From the human T2T-CHM13v2.0 reference genome, Homo sapiens, in NCBI RefSeq assembly GCF_009914755.1, contig NC_060925.1: a stretch of DNA of 64,000 nucleotides; one strand, written 5' to 3'. Positions 1 through 13,598 of this stretch are shown here, piece after piece. Under the pieces are notes generated by a model. The model had not been told where the DNA came from, did not search any database, and saw only the letters and a program-made list of their open reading frames with translations. Every line of letters begins with the position of its first letter. Positions within the stretch are counted from its first letter, which is position 1. A program made the position numbers and the translations under genes.

Positions 1-120
1 ATAGTATTAAACTAATCCATTGCCTATTTCAGATCAATTTGCTCACTTCACTATCTGTTTCTTAAAATTCTCCAACATAGCCTAAGATAAGATAGTAAAG
101 GTCTGTTCAAAGCACTGTAG

Positions 121-522
<402 letters not shown>

Positions 523-3500
523 TCATTCAAATGATTTGGGCAATTTCATTATATGCCACAACCTTTCCAAGGCATGGAACATGACCATAAAACAGAGAAT
601 TAATGCTTCAGTAATATGTAAGGGAAATTTTTGGAAGTAACATGTCCACTGTTTTCCTTGGGCATTGTCTTCAAATAAAGATGAAAGAGAAGATTAAGCT
701 ATTTATTCTTTGTCATTGTTTCAGTTACTCTTTCTATGACAAAATGGAGTTGTATTAGTGAGTATTAGTATTAGTGCAATTCAGTATTCCAAGTTCTAGT
801 CTTCTCAAAACTTAGCAAATCAAAGAGTTTGAAAGTTATTTGGTGCTTTGTAGTAAGTTTGATTTGTAATCTGTTTTGTTTTATTCAAATAGTTCTTCAT
901 TGGTTTTAACAGAACCATTTCTTTACTCAATGGTAATCCATTTGGCCCAATCTTTCTGCCTAACTCACTTGAAAGTCCTCAAGTGAGCAAGTCTCTAAAA
1001 AACAAACAGAAATGAAGAGGACATTGCCTTTGATTGTTTTACCTCTGGCTACCTGATAAGAGAGCATAATAGTCTCAAAATCTGATAAATAAATCATTTT
1101 AAGGGGAGTATCTTTCTCCACATTGGGGAAAAAATAATAGTTATGTTTAGATTGTCAAATGTAAATGTAAATGTAGAACACTAGTCTTCAAAAATAGAAT
1201 TCAACCCGTTAGCAGAATAAATGTTTAGTCTCCATTTTTTTAATACTTTTTTCTCATCTTTTAAAAATTGTTTAGTTTTTTTTTGTTTGTTTTTTTTGTT
1301 GTTTTTTTTTTTAGAATATGTCCGAGTCTAAAAGGCTCCTAGGTTGTATGCCATGGTTGTCTATGAAAGAAAAACCAAGGGCGATGGTGCTTGCATTTGC
1401 AGTATTCTTCCAAAACATTTTTCTTCTGAGTAAAAGTGTGCTCAACAAGTGGAGATAGCTCAGACATCTGGAAGCCAGGACTTACTAAACAAGAAGATGC
1501 CAGGGCAAATTTGTGCCACAGTCAATAGGTTTCACACTCTTGAAGGCATGGTGCCAGTTGTCAATATGCTTTCCTGAGCATCCTTTCCCTCTAGCATTTT
1601 TCAGGGACCTACCAGCACCTCTCTGTCTTGCTCACTTGTACGTGATGTTTCCCTCAAGTGGTGCCAAACTGTTTAGTCTCTTGTGTATTTCACTGTAACT
1701 TCCTTTGTTTGATTGACTTTAAAGTAGCCAAGTGCTTCCACAAAGAAAGGACTGTTAAGTTATTTAGAAACGAAGAAGACAGTAAAACTCCTGTTTCTTT
1801 TGTTTCTGCTTTGGGAAGTGCCTGATAATTTTTTCTTCTTATGGAATAGATTTTAAAGCTATAAATCTTGCCATTCTGTTCAACAGTCACTTTTTTCCTT
1901 CTGCTAATTAATTGTAATTTTAAAATGTATCAGTTTTGAAATCTAGAGCCCCCAAAGATTGAAGTTTAGTAAATTTATTAAAATAAAATGTATCTTCATG
2001 GCTCAGTAACTTTCATCTTCTAATTTTTTTAGCTACTCAAAATAATTATAATTTTTTAATTAACTATTAAATACTTTACATGGCTGCCATCCCCTCACTC
2101 TTTGCTAACAGCATAGTGCATAATGTTTTAACTTTAAGCAATTATAAAAATGAAATTTGAATACACATACTGGGAAGTAAAAATGACTAAGCCAATTTTT
2201 AAATTTTAGATTTAGGACAAGAGGTGTTGGCATTTGATATCTAAAAAGATAGATTTTAAGTAGTTGTTTTAGAAAGAAAATAGTAAAAAGAAAAATTATC
2301 AGTAAATAAAAATAGATTTCAACTCAATTATATAGGCTATGCTAAAGCCAATCAGACAGGGCACAGTGAAGTATTAATTTACCAACTATCTAATGTCTTT
2401 GGTCACTATTGATGAAATTTGATAAATCAAACCAAAAAAGATCTAAACATTTTCTTTCTAGTTATAGTTTTACATGATTACATTAGACAAAGTCCTAGAA
2501 CTTTAAGCCTAGAAGAGAGCCTTAAGTATTATTTTCTATTTCTATTTGAAGTCATTTTATAGATGAGAAAAAGAGGTGGCTTTTGCCACTAATGACAAGT
2601 GAGGATTAAAGTACCTAATGTACTCCAAATAACTTTGTAAAATATAGAGCACATTCTAAATGAAAAGTAATTTTATTATGGCATGACTTCTCCAAAGTCT
2701 TAAGGTGTATTAGTGGGACTCAGGTATTAAAGTATAGGTCTGATCATAAATCTGGCTTACTGTTCATCTTCAGCAAAAGGCTAGATATGTTTGAGAAAGA
2801 CATGGGACATTCTCTCTTTTGTTTACATTGACTTTTAGACTTCTCATTCTTCATTTACGTTTCTTGAGTAAAAGGTATACATAAGTGTCTTAATAATTTC
2901 AAGTAAAGAGAACTAATTTAGTATGCCTGAAAATTTAGTGATCAAAACATAGCAAGAACTAGTTGGAGTGAGTTACTTTAAATGCCCCTGGTTTTAATTT
3001 CAGAATTTTTAAAAAAGCCTTAAATTTTTGAGGCTTTTGATTGTTGTTTGCTTTCTCACTCATTCCAATGTCAAAGTTTAGGTAGTAAAAATACCCTGTG
3101 GTTAGTGTAACTGCCCTTAACTTCTTTCTATTTCTTTCTTTCCTCTCTCTGAAACTGAAGATGATAAATTGGAAAGTTTTACCACTTGGATTGTTAAGCC
3201 TTGGGTTCTCTCTGCCACTTTGCAGAGCTGTTAGCATGGAAAGTTGAACGTGAGATGGTGATTCCAGTTTGACCCTCTCCCTACACCCTAGAATGTTTCT
3301 GCACAATGAACCAGATTATGTAAAGCTCTCACAGCTCAAATATAATTTCTAGACTCTTGAGTCATATTACCAAGATCCTAGTGGAGTTAGGTACAATGGT
3401 GTTGGCAGCTGCCTTGTAAATAGTTTAAATCAAATAAGTCTAATTCACAGCATATAGAGACACATTTTTATGTATTTAGCCAACTTAAAATCAGTCTTAG

Positions 3501-3833
3501 TATGTGTAGATCCCTAAGTTAGCTGATACTGCAAGTATTTTGCCATAAAATTTGGATAAATAATAAACTATTAATGTAATTATTTAAATGTCGGGAAAAA
3601 TCAAGGGAAAATGACTCGAGGAATTGAGCATCTTGGGATAATATTTATTAAGGGAAATTATTCCAGAAGATCCTTGAGAGTCTAACGTTAGCTCTTTTTT
3701 CTCCATAATTTCTAATCATTATTTACATTTCAAAGTAGAACAAAGTAAAAGAAAATTCCTTAGTATATAATGTAAGAAATTAAAAGAAAATTTCGAATTC
3801 TTAAGTGAGTAAGAAAGCTTAGTGTTTTGGTTA

Positions 3834-4200
<367 letters not shown>

Positions 4201-4211
4201 AGCTAAAATGA

Positions 4212-4540
4212 GGCCAGGCCAGTGGCTCACGCCTGTAATCCCAAAACTCTGGGAGCCCTAAGAGGGCGAATCACTTGAGGCCAGGAGTTCAAGATCAGCC
4301 TGGCCAACACGGAGAAACCCTGTCTCTACTAAAAATACAAAAAATTAGCCGGACGCAGTGGTGCATGCCTGTAGTTCCAGCTACTGGGGTGGCTGAGGCA
4401 TGAGAATCGCTTGAGCCCTGGAGGCAGAGGTTGTAGTGCACCAAGATCGCACTACTGCACTTCTGCACTCCAGCCTGGGTGCTGGGTGATGGGAGTGAAA
4501 CCCTGTCAAAAAACAACAACAAAAAAAAACAAAAAAAACT
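4212..4540 (+). mobile_element. Older Alu (S/J type) in tandem with the previous element
   Basis: Alu consensus with A/AAC tail; CTAAAATG on both flanks. Confidence 0.88.
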
Positions 4541-6809
4541 AAAATGGAGATTTTATTGAGGGAAAATCCATTTACAGGCTAGGAGAATCATTTGTGTATA
4601 AAAAGGAAAGGCACAGATTTTTTTTAAAAAAGAGAGACTAAAATTGTTAGTAGCTCCTCTTGATTAAAACAGTGGACTTCCAACTTCCTCTCTACCCTCA
4701 ATGTCAGAAAATCTATGGAAAATATGGCTTAAGAATATTATCATCACTTGAGAATAAAGAAACAGAGGGATTTACCCTCCATCTTCATATTCCATTGACT
4801 AGAAAACTTCCCCTTGGCTCAAACATGTCATCAGATCAGACCCTGTGCTATGATTCTGCTCCTAGGACGCCAAACTGTGGGGCTTTTTTTGAAACCCTCC
4901 CTTAGCTATTCTAACTTCCATAACATTTTCAAAGGCCATCCTCTTACCTATCTTATCAATTAATACCATAGCTAACATTTTAGTTATCTGGGATTTTATT
5001 TATGTCTGCTCAGATTGCAAGTTTGAATGTTTGAGACTCCACTTTCCTTGCAGGATTCGGGCTAATACATGCCAAGGAGGCATAGATTTCTTTCTGTTTA
5101 ATTGTAAGGGTGGAAGTGAAAAGCAAAGAAAGTTTTTGTCAGTTGGTGGTAGTTGATTTTTGGTTTATTTTAAAAAGCTGTCTGCAGTTTTCTTGATCAT
5201 TTAAGAAATTTGTTGACATGGCACTTTTAATAGATTATCCTGCTTTTAAAGAATGCTGGCATGGGTAATGACCTCACTGGTGGGCACAGAACAATAATAA
5301 AGATAGAATTTTTTTTTTTGTATTTTCAGAAATTTAAAGTTATGAAACATTTTTAGACTATCCAGTGGCAATGTGCATTTCCAGTATACTTTTGTATGAT
5401 GGTGAGAAGCTAGGGACCTTCTAATGGGTCACTAATGAAATGGACTCCAACTCCCACTCTGGATCTCTCACTCATAATCCACAAGGATTAATTTAACCTG
5501 CCAGATGCTACCCATTTAGCAAGCTGAAAGGACACAGTGCCCCCCAATGCCTGTAGCCTTGTCTGCTGTTATTGCTATTGCTGGCTCCATTCTATAAGTG
5601 AGTCAGATGATTTAGATACATATATGTTTACTAATGCAATGGGTAGTTTTTCTTGGCCAGGCTCAGTATATTATTTGTGTTCTTGTCAGGGAGAGCTACC
5701 AGTGAATTTTTTCCTGCTGTATTTTAACACTCAGGAACTGGTTGTGCAAAGTTTATTTGCATCTTTCTTGTGCATTGCATGGGAGTGTCCTTGAGAATAT
5801 CTTGTAAACATTTGCTAGTATTGTTTTTTAAATATTTAAAAATCAGTATCATTTAATTTCAGAGAATTTGCTTCAACTTACTGGAATTAATTAAAAATGC
5901 TTTTGTATTTATATTTTTTCTTTTACATATTTAAAGTATTAAGATAAAGTCATTGTCTAATGCTGTCTGCCATAGTAAAATTTGCAAACTGAGAAAGGTC
6001 ACATACTGCTTTTCAAGACTCTTTAGGGCCTTTAATACAGTGCTAAAATAGAAGAACTTTGTCAAAAATAAACAAAAGTATGAACTCCTTGGTAGGAGTA
6101 GATTCTCTTTGTTTTAAAAAAGTTAAATACATTGGGTTAAAATGAGCAAAATATGAGCTCCTTTTCGTAAAGTTAATAAAGGAGGAATAGAGATTAGGAA
6201 AAATTCAGAAATTTCCAATCACTGCTTTTCAAATCTAATCACATGATCCAGGACTTCATTTCCCAGAAAACTCTGCATCTGCCCGAGGGAACATTAGTTA
6301 TGAGACAGTGCAGAGATTTCTAAGGCCCATTTCTTCACTTAAAGTTTATGTGCTCTCAAAGCTTCCTGTGGTACCAGGATAGAGCATTAAATAGCGTTAT
6401 TCTCTTTGAGTTATAGCTGTTTTTTATTTTTGTGTTGTTAGATCCAATGTAGCATGGTAATAAAACATATTTGAAGCATCCCTTCCTGCATACACAGCGC
6501 TCTTACCTGTGTTCTCGTATGACACTCACCCTGAGGAAGGTCTTATTGTATCCCCATTTTCAGATATGAAACTGAGATTCGGGAAAGATAACCGATTTGT
6601 CCAAGTCCTTTACCTACTAAATGTCAAGACATAGAATCAAATCTTGTTCTCTTTGCTCAAAAGTTGAGCAAAGTTGTTCTCTTTGCTCAAAAGTTGAGTT
6701 AAAAATAAAAGTTAAAGGGAAATCCACAATTTATTATATTCTCGTATAACTTGTTAACAAAACATATCATCACAGAATTTTAAAGCTAGAAATCAGCGAA
6801 GTCTTGTTT

Positions 6810-7075
6810 TTCAGACCTCAGTTTAGATATCACCTCTTAGAAAGACCTTCTTTTATTACCCTAATTCAGCTGCTTGTTGGTTTTGCAATTTACTATCACA
6901 ATTTATGGTTTTTGGTTTTGATCATGGAACTTGGTTTTTACTGATATCTTTCATTAGACTGTAAAGTTACTGAAGACATGAATTGTGTCTACCATGTTCA
7001 CTAGTGAAGCCCCAGCAGTTACACTAGCTGTAGACACATGGTAGGCATTAGAATAAATATTTTTTGATCAATTGC
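6810..7075 (+). mobile_element. L2 3'-end fragment
   Basis: Resembles the L2 terminus (ttagactgtaaag...cacatggtaggcattagaataaatat); boundaries approximate. Confidence 0.55.
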
Positions 7076-10000
7076 ATGAGGTTCAGAAACTTAATCTAAT
7101 TTGTCCAAGACCAAGTATTTGTTAGTGATAAATCCATTAGAACCCTGGAATCCTGTTTCCTGTTGTGCGGCAATGGCTACATGTAGGGGCCTGCCATGCC
7201 TAATTCCAGCTTTCTAATTGTTAGGTTGCATGAGAAACCCTCATCTGGTTCCCAATGACCCCCAAAGTACCCTGAAAAAAGGGAAAGCTTATTCCTACCC
7301 TTCTCTTTCATCCAGAGTCAGATAACAAAGAACAAAGTTGTCAGGGACCAGTGCTTTCTTCCTGTGAGCAGAAATGTGAAGCATGGTTTTGGTTGGGGTT
7401 TTTGTTTGTTCGGTTGGCTTTTGGTTCAGTTTTGCAATATTTGGCTTACTATTCTCTCAAAAAGTCTGCATCCTGTGGACAAGAATCTAAGCCCTTTGGA
7501 GACTAGCAATGGCTATTCCACACTCTCTGGGGAGCCTATTTATGAGCACATGTGTTTGTAATTCAGCCACTCTCCATATCTGTTGGAGAATAGCAGCCTA
7601 ATTATCTGCCATCATTTGGTTATGTTTTTCATTCCTGGCATATTGGTGACACTCCTCTCACCTGAGCCACATATTCAATTAATTCATATGTGTTACCACA
7701 TTGATCTTAACTGTGAAAATCTGAGCAAAATGCATACTTGGTGCAGTTATCCTCATGTCAGGTAGTCTGTGGTCAGTCACAGCTTTTAGTCAATAGATAA
7801 AAAGTTGTAAAGTGTCTTAATTTGAGAAAATTGGCTAAACCAAAGAAGCATGAATGGATAGTTACCAACAGCTGGATTTCTCCAAATAGACTCTTTTTTT
7901 ACGGTTTAACTTAAGCATAAGACCATTTTGAGTTATGGTGCTTTTCATTTGACTTGCTTCATCTATCTTTCTGGCAATTCTTGTTTACGCTCCTTAGACT
8001 GGTGAATAATCTAAATGTCAACCAGAGAGTCTGAACTTCTATGAGTAACTCATGTGTCACATAATCTATGTGACATAGTAGTGCATCACACCTGCAGCAG
8101 CATGCTATGGGAATTCTGTAATTAATTATATATGCTGCTGTCAACAATGAAAAGAAGGTGTTCAAGTATCAAAGAACCAACTGAAACTTCCACCCAAAAG
8201 CAAAGCCAAAGTGAGAAAGGTACCATGAGCTCAGATTATTTTGAAATTTACAGATAAAACCTAGCTTCAAGTACAAATCCTGTGGAAGAAAGAGCACACA
8301 CTTGGTCTCAGACACCTTGGCAGCCACTTCACATATGTTATTCCTAATCTTCCCATTTCAAAGATAGAAAATTCTAGTCTCTAAGAGACTCAATGACTTG
8401 CTAAGTTTCTCAGACTAAGTTACAGTACATATTTTATTTCCAGACTCAGTTGAATTCTCAGATGCTCCTATGTCATATTTTATTTCCGGACTCAGTTGAA
8501 TCCTCAGATGCTCCTATATCATGCTGTTATGACGTTGGGTTAGCTGAGGTCACTGGTAAGGCAAACCTGCAACCAGCACTCCCTCTACTTCATGTTTGCA
8601 GTAGAAGCTGCCTCTATAAACCTTCCGTGAACCTAACAAACCTATGCATCTTGAGGTGCATTGTTGTTCAAAGCATCTCTCCATCTCTTCTAAATTATGA
8701 TAGCTAATAATGGAAAACACAAAATACATAACAAGCCCAACTACCTTTTTTAATAGGATAAAATTGCATAAGAAATAGCTGTCTATGAAATTTATGTCTA
8801 TTTTATGTTATGAAACTATTTTCATCTTTTATAGTTTTAGTTAATAGTTTATGTGTGCAAACCTCCAACCTGTTACAAATTTTCCTCAATTTGCCGGTGC
8901 ATACTCTAGCTTAGGGATTACTGAAATATCAAAACAGATAATAATATATATGCTTTCAGGGAAGGAAAGGATAGATCTATGTAGTCCAAAGCTTTCTTTT
9001 ATTTTTTTGATAGGCCCTAGAGTTGATCTTGAAAATTGCCAGATTAATAGGCTGTCCCAGCCCTGAGAAATCGCTAATCTAGAAGTGGCAATTCCCAAGG
9101 CAGGTTTTGAAGCATTCCATTGTCTTTTACCTCAAGGGATGTATGAAAGTCACTAGCTGAAATCAATACAATTAATAATAAATACAATGTATTCTACATG
9201 GTATTTTTAAGGGGTAGAGTAATAATCTCAAAAACAAGCTATGATAGATTTTTGTAGCTGCAAAAAATATTAGAAACTTCAATAAGGCAGGATTTAAAAC
9301 AACCTAAGAGGTACTATAGACTGAAAATGGAATTAACTTCTTAAAGAGAATCATGACCAATACGTAAGGGTTATGAAAAGAAAGTATAATATTTGAGTGG
9401 TAGTTTCCCTGTTCTGTGTAACTACTTTCATGTCAGATATGAAGGTCCTAAAACATAGGTGTTATTTTTCACTAGTCAGGAAAGGACACTAGACTGGATG
9501 GTCTGTGGGTCTGATCCACAGTAAGTGTTCTGATTGCTGAAAAATACTATAAGTTGTAGAGCTTCTAGCTGCGAAATGTTTCAAAATAAACCTTTGTCAT
9601 CTACTTTGGAATCATATTAATGCCCTGTGGCCTTAGAATTGACTCTAGAAGCTTTCAGTTAAATATTAGCCGTTATACCTGTACAGAAAAAGTTGTAGAA
9701 AGGCTTAAAAGGAAAAACAAAAGAGTGACTGAATAATGTACCTTGATTCCTTGATTTTTCTCAGTTACTATGATGATTTTTGTCATCTGTTGAAAAAGGT
9801 TTCTGCTAAATTTAATTATCAGATCATCATCTCAAATCTTCAAAGTTCCTTTTTTTGTCTTTCTCTATTAACAGACAAATTAAAAGGGAAGGATCAAGTA
9901 TATGAAATGAAATTGTGATGCTCCAGGAACAGTTTTAGGTCTTACGTTTCTCATTGGAAGAAAAGTCCTCTGTCAAAAAGAAAATTTTGAAAAGTTTAAA

Positions 10001-10087
10001 TTATCTAAAAATATACAGTGCCCCTAAACTTAACATATATAATGAGTGTATGGCCTGGAAATCCAATCTCTTCATAGGCTATTTGCA

Positions 10088-10210
10088 CATGCAATATCAG
10101 GACCATACTTACAGTTAAAAAAAAAAAAAGATAAAGAAAATTCTTCTTTATCTGAAATTCAAATTTAACTAGGTGCCCCGAATTTTTATTTGCTAAATCT
10201 GGCAACCTTA
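10088..10210. mobile_element. MER53-like hAT MITE, one half
   Basis: tatctgaaattcaaatttaactaggtg...gctaaatctggcaacc resembles the MER53 arm and TIR. Confidence 0.65.
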
Positions 10211-13200
10211 TATATGTGGAAACATAATATAGTTTATAAATATTATATATATAGTTTAAAATGCATAGTGAATGTATCAGTCTTTAGGTATAAATAGTTA
10301 CAGTATCTTTTGTCCATTTGATTACATCACTGCAGCAACTTTCAGAGTTGAGAGAATGTTGGATCATGAGAAATTGCTATAAACATTCTTATGGGAATCA
10401 CTTTGGGTCTAGGAAACGTCAATTTTTTAGTGTTCCAATAATGTGTGTTATATCATCTCTTGAGAAGTTTTCAGAAATTCTGAGAAAAATGGACAGCAGA
10501 AAAGGGTTAGATAGATAGGAAGAAATATGTAATAATTTGGGGAGCTGTTCAAGCCCTAATCTCATTTAGGAGATTAGTTATAGAGCAGCTATATTCAAAT
10601 TTGTTTGATCTTTTGATATTTTTCAATTCTGTATGAAGGCATTAATGGTTTTTCCCTGCTTTGCCTTTTAATATGTCACTTGAGCAGAGACTTGTCCTCT
10701 AACTAGCAAGTAGAATTGATTCTATTGTTGCTTCATCATAATTTTTGATGCAGAATAATGGTAGATATATTCATGCTTGTTTTTCGTTGTATACTTACCT
10801 ATTGATTACTACGTTGCTGAGCAGTTAAGACAAGAATCACTCAATTCTAACATGTTTAGAAGAGTTTCTTTCTGATTTGGCACATGGACAGTGAGAATGA
10901 TCTCACTGTGTTTGTTCCCTGGCACACCAAAGGTTTGCTGCAGATGTTAGTACAGCAGAACTTGTTTGCTAAGATGACCCATTATGGAACACTAGCTGAT
11001 TAAGCAGACGTTAATGGACAATTGCATGTCCATTATTACTTCTTTGACCATGTTACCAACTCAATTCAATTGCACTTGCTTTTCAAATAAGACAAACCTG
11101 TCAATAAAGAAACTGGACATCAAGTTTCAAATGATTGGTAGAGTTTATAGGGAAACACAAAAAGGAGGGAAGAGATGAGATGCACATTGTCAAATAATCT
11201 GAAATGTTAAGAATTGTGGAAATTGTTAGTTTCATAAGGAGTTTTAGACAAGCACACTATATCCCTCATTCTGTTTATTTCTTTTTCATTTAAAACTTAG
11301 ATTTGCTTTACTTCTTTGGGTCTTCATTTCTTCCCATGCAAAATTCCTGAAAGTCAAAAGGAAGATTAGAAGCTAGCCATTTTACCACTAAAGAAACTGA
11401 GCCCCAAGAAGTTAATTCAGCTTACCCAAGATTACATATTTGCTTAGGGCCAGAGCTAAGACAGGGACAGACTCTGTTTACTTCATTTCTCACTAAACTG
11501 TACCACTGCAGTTTCGACTTCTTTCTACCACTGAAGGCACAGAATGCACTGAAGGCATTCTGTGCCTTCAGGAGGAATTTTCAGCCCCTTCACTTTCCTG
11601 ATGCCCGGGAATTCTTTTTAAGTTATGACTAACAAAGTATAAAACATGAGTCAAAAGTTAGTCCCTAATAAAGTCATTGTGACTTTAATGACTTCGGCAG
11701 TTGTTTCATTCTGCAAAAACAGGAAGATCCCACACAATAAGGCGCCTGTCTCACAGCTGGGCTCCTGCGTAGACGGCCACCCACAAGAGTAACTAACTGC
11801 TGGGGCTGCCTTCCTCTCTTTGACACCTTTTTATTCTCTGTTCTTACAGTTTTCTCCTACTGACCTCATCCTGAGGTTATCCATGAGAGGAAGGTACCTG
11901 CTTTAGCTAGTCTTTGATAGGGTGAAGAATAGTTTTAATCACTTAGGAGTCACTCCTAAGTGATTTTCAGGTCACCCTCAACAGGCCTAAATTAGTCTTA
12001 GAAGAAGCTCTTTCATGGGCTTTATACTAGCTTCCTGTGTTATCACTATTCTGGACTGTTTTATTCTCAAAAACATAAAATCCCCAAATTTTAGATTTGA
12101 GAAGAGCCTGCGATCATTCCAGTTCACTCCTCCTATGTGATTAGTTTAACTAAGAACTCATTACCAAGATAGTGCCTATCTTGCCTGCGGATCTTTGCAT
12201 AAAGCTCAAACTAATTCTCCCATGAGAAATATAGAAAAGTGAAGAAGTGTCCTATCACTTCAGAAGAAACTGGCTCAGAAGAAATAATCTCTGTATGCAG
12301 TGTTAAAACTAAAGAAAAATTGAAGCCATCAAACAAAATGTTCCTATCAAGTGTAATTGAATTTTAGCTTTTATTACCTATTCTCTACTTTTAAAATAAC
12401 TTTTCACTATTAAAGGAACTTATTCCAAAAATCAGACAATTTTATAGAAAAGGTATATTCTAGGCCAATAATATTAAATCACATATCTAGAAAATATACC
12501 TTCTTCCCTTTTCAAAAAATAGAAGCAATTTCTAGCAGTGTATGTGAATCTAATGTTGGGCATAAGCTTAAGAAGGCATCGGAGGAATTTTTTATTAGAG
12601 TTTATTCACAAATTTTGCTTGTCTGTGTTGAAAAGGGGCATTGGCCATTTCCTCTGGGGACATTATTTCTAGGTAGGCTGTAACAGGGTTTTCCTGTGAA
12701 GGCAGATTCTTAGGGAAAATAGTATCTGTGTACATGAGATGGTAGAGACACATTTATCTTTAAAATAATGTGTTCCTGTTTGTGGATTTCTCTACTGAAT
12801 TTAATAAAGTAAATAATGCCCATTTCCTTCCAATCCAGTAACTCCTTGGGACACAGTTTTACCCAGGAGCTATTTTACCTTCGAGTCTGGATGAAACGTG
12901 TAACTTAATAAATAGATTCCAAAAGTCTTACACTATGAAACTCTGAGGGATGATAAATGCTTCCCTTCCTTTGTTATGGTCTGAAGCATTTTCAATTTGA
13001 GTTGTTTTCCTCAGTCATGTAGAGGGAGTTTTGTTTTCTGGGAAGTCTTGGTTGCTGGTAAATAATGTGTCCAAACTGTAGGAGGCAGCCACAGAATTTA
13101 TCATACAAGTATGAAATGTTAGGGTTGATCATTCTCATTTTACACATGAGAGGTGATGTAACTACACAGGAGAGTGAGAGCTGAGAATGAAAAGTCAAGA

Positions 13201-13583
13201 TTTGTCTACTACATTGTGGCTGCCTCTGGCTCAACAGAAACACTCCCATGTGGGAGTCAGATGCTGAAAGCCCAACTAAGCCTAGCTCCTCAACTGTCTC
13301 CTCAGGCTTAACTTCAAACATAATTCATATCTATTCTATTTCTTAATGTGTCTCATCACACAGTTAAACACTAGTCATACTAACTGGACTCTACATATAC
13401 TAGAATGTAAAAGATACCCTTCCACCCCCCGCCGTCTGCTCCTTGAAGGCCATGTCTGCCTTTCTTAGTTTGTACAGAGCCCAACATAAATGGGCCCTTC
13501 ATAAGTGCTTTTTGATGAGAGCAATGATTGCTTTCACATCAGTGTGGTTGGGCCCTCCCTTATGGAGGAGGAAAACCAACAGT

Positions 13584-13598
13584 TGTTGCTAAGCAACA
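13584..13598. promoter_or_regulatory. RFX X-box-type palindrome TGTTGCTAAGCAACA
   Basis: Perfect 7+1+7 inverted repeat matching the GTTGC-N3-GCAAC RFX consensus. Confidence 0.5.

Noticed and set aside
9200-9530. Possible CR1/L3 3' end (cactagactggatggtctgtgggtctgatcca)
   Set aside because: Similarity too weak to set boundaries without an HMM search.
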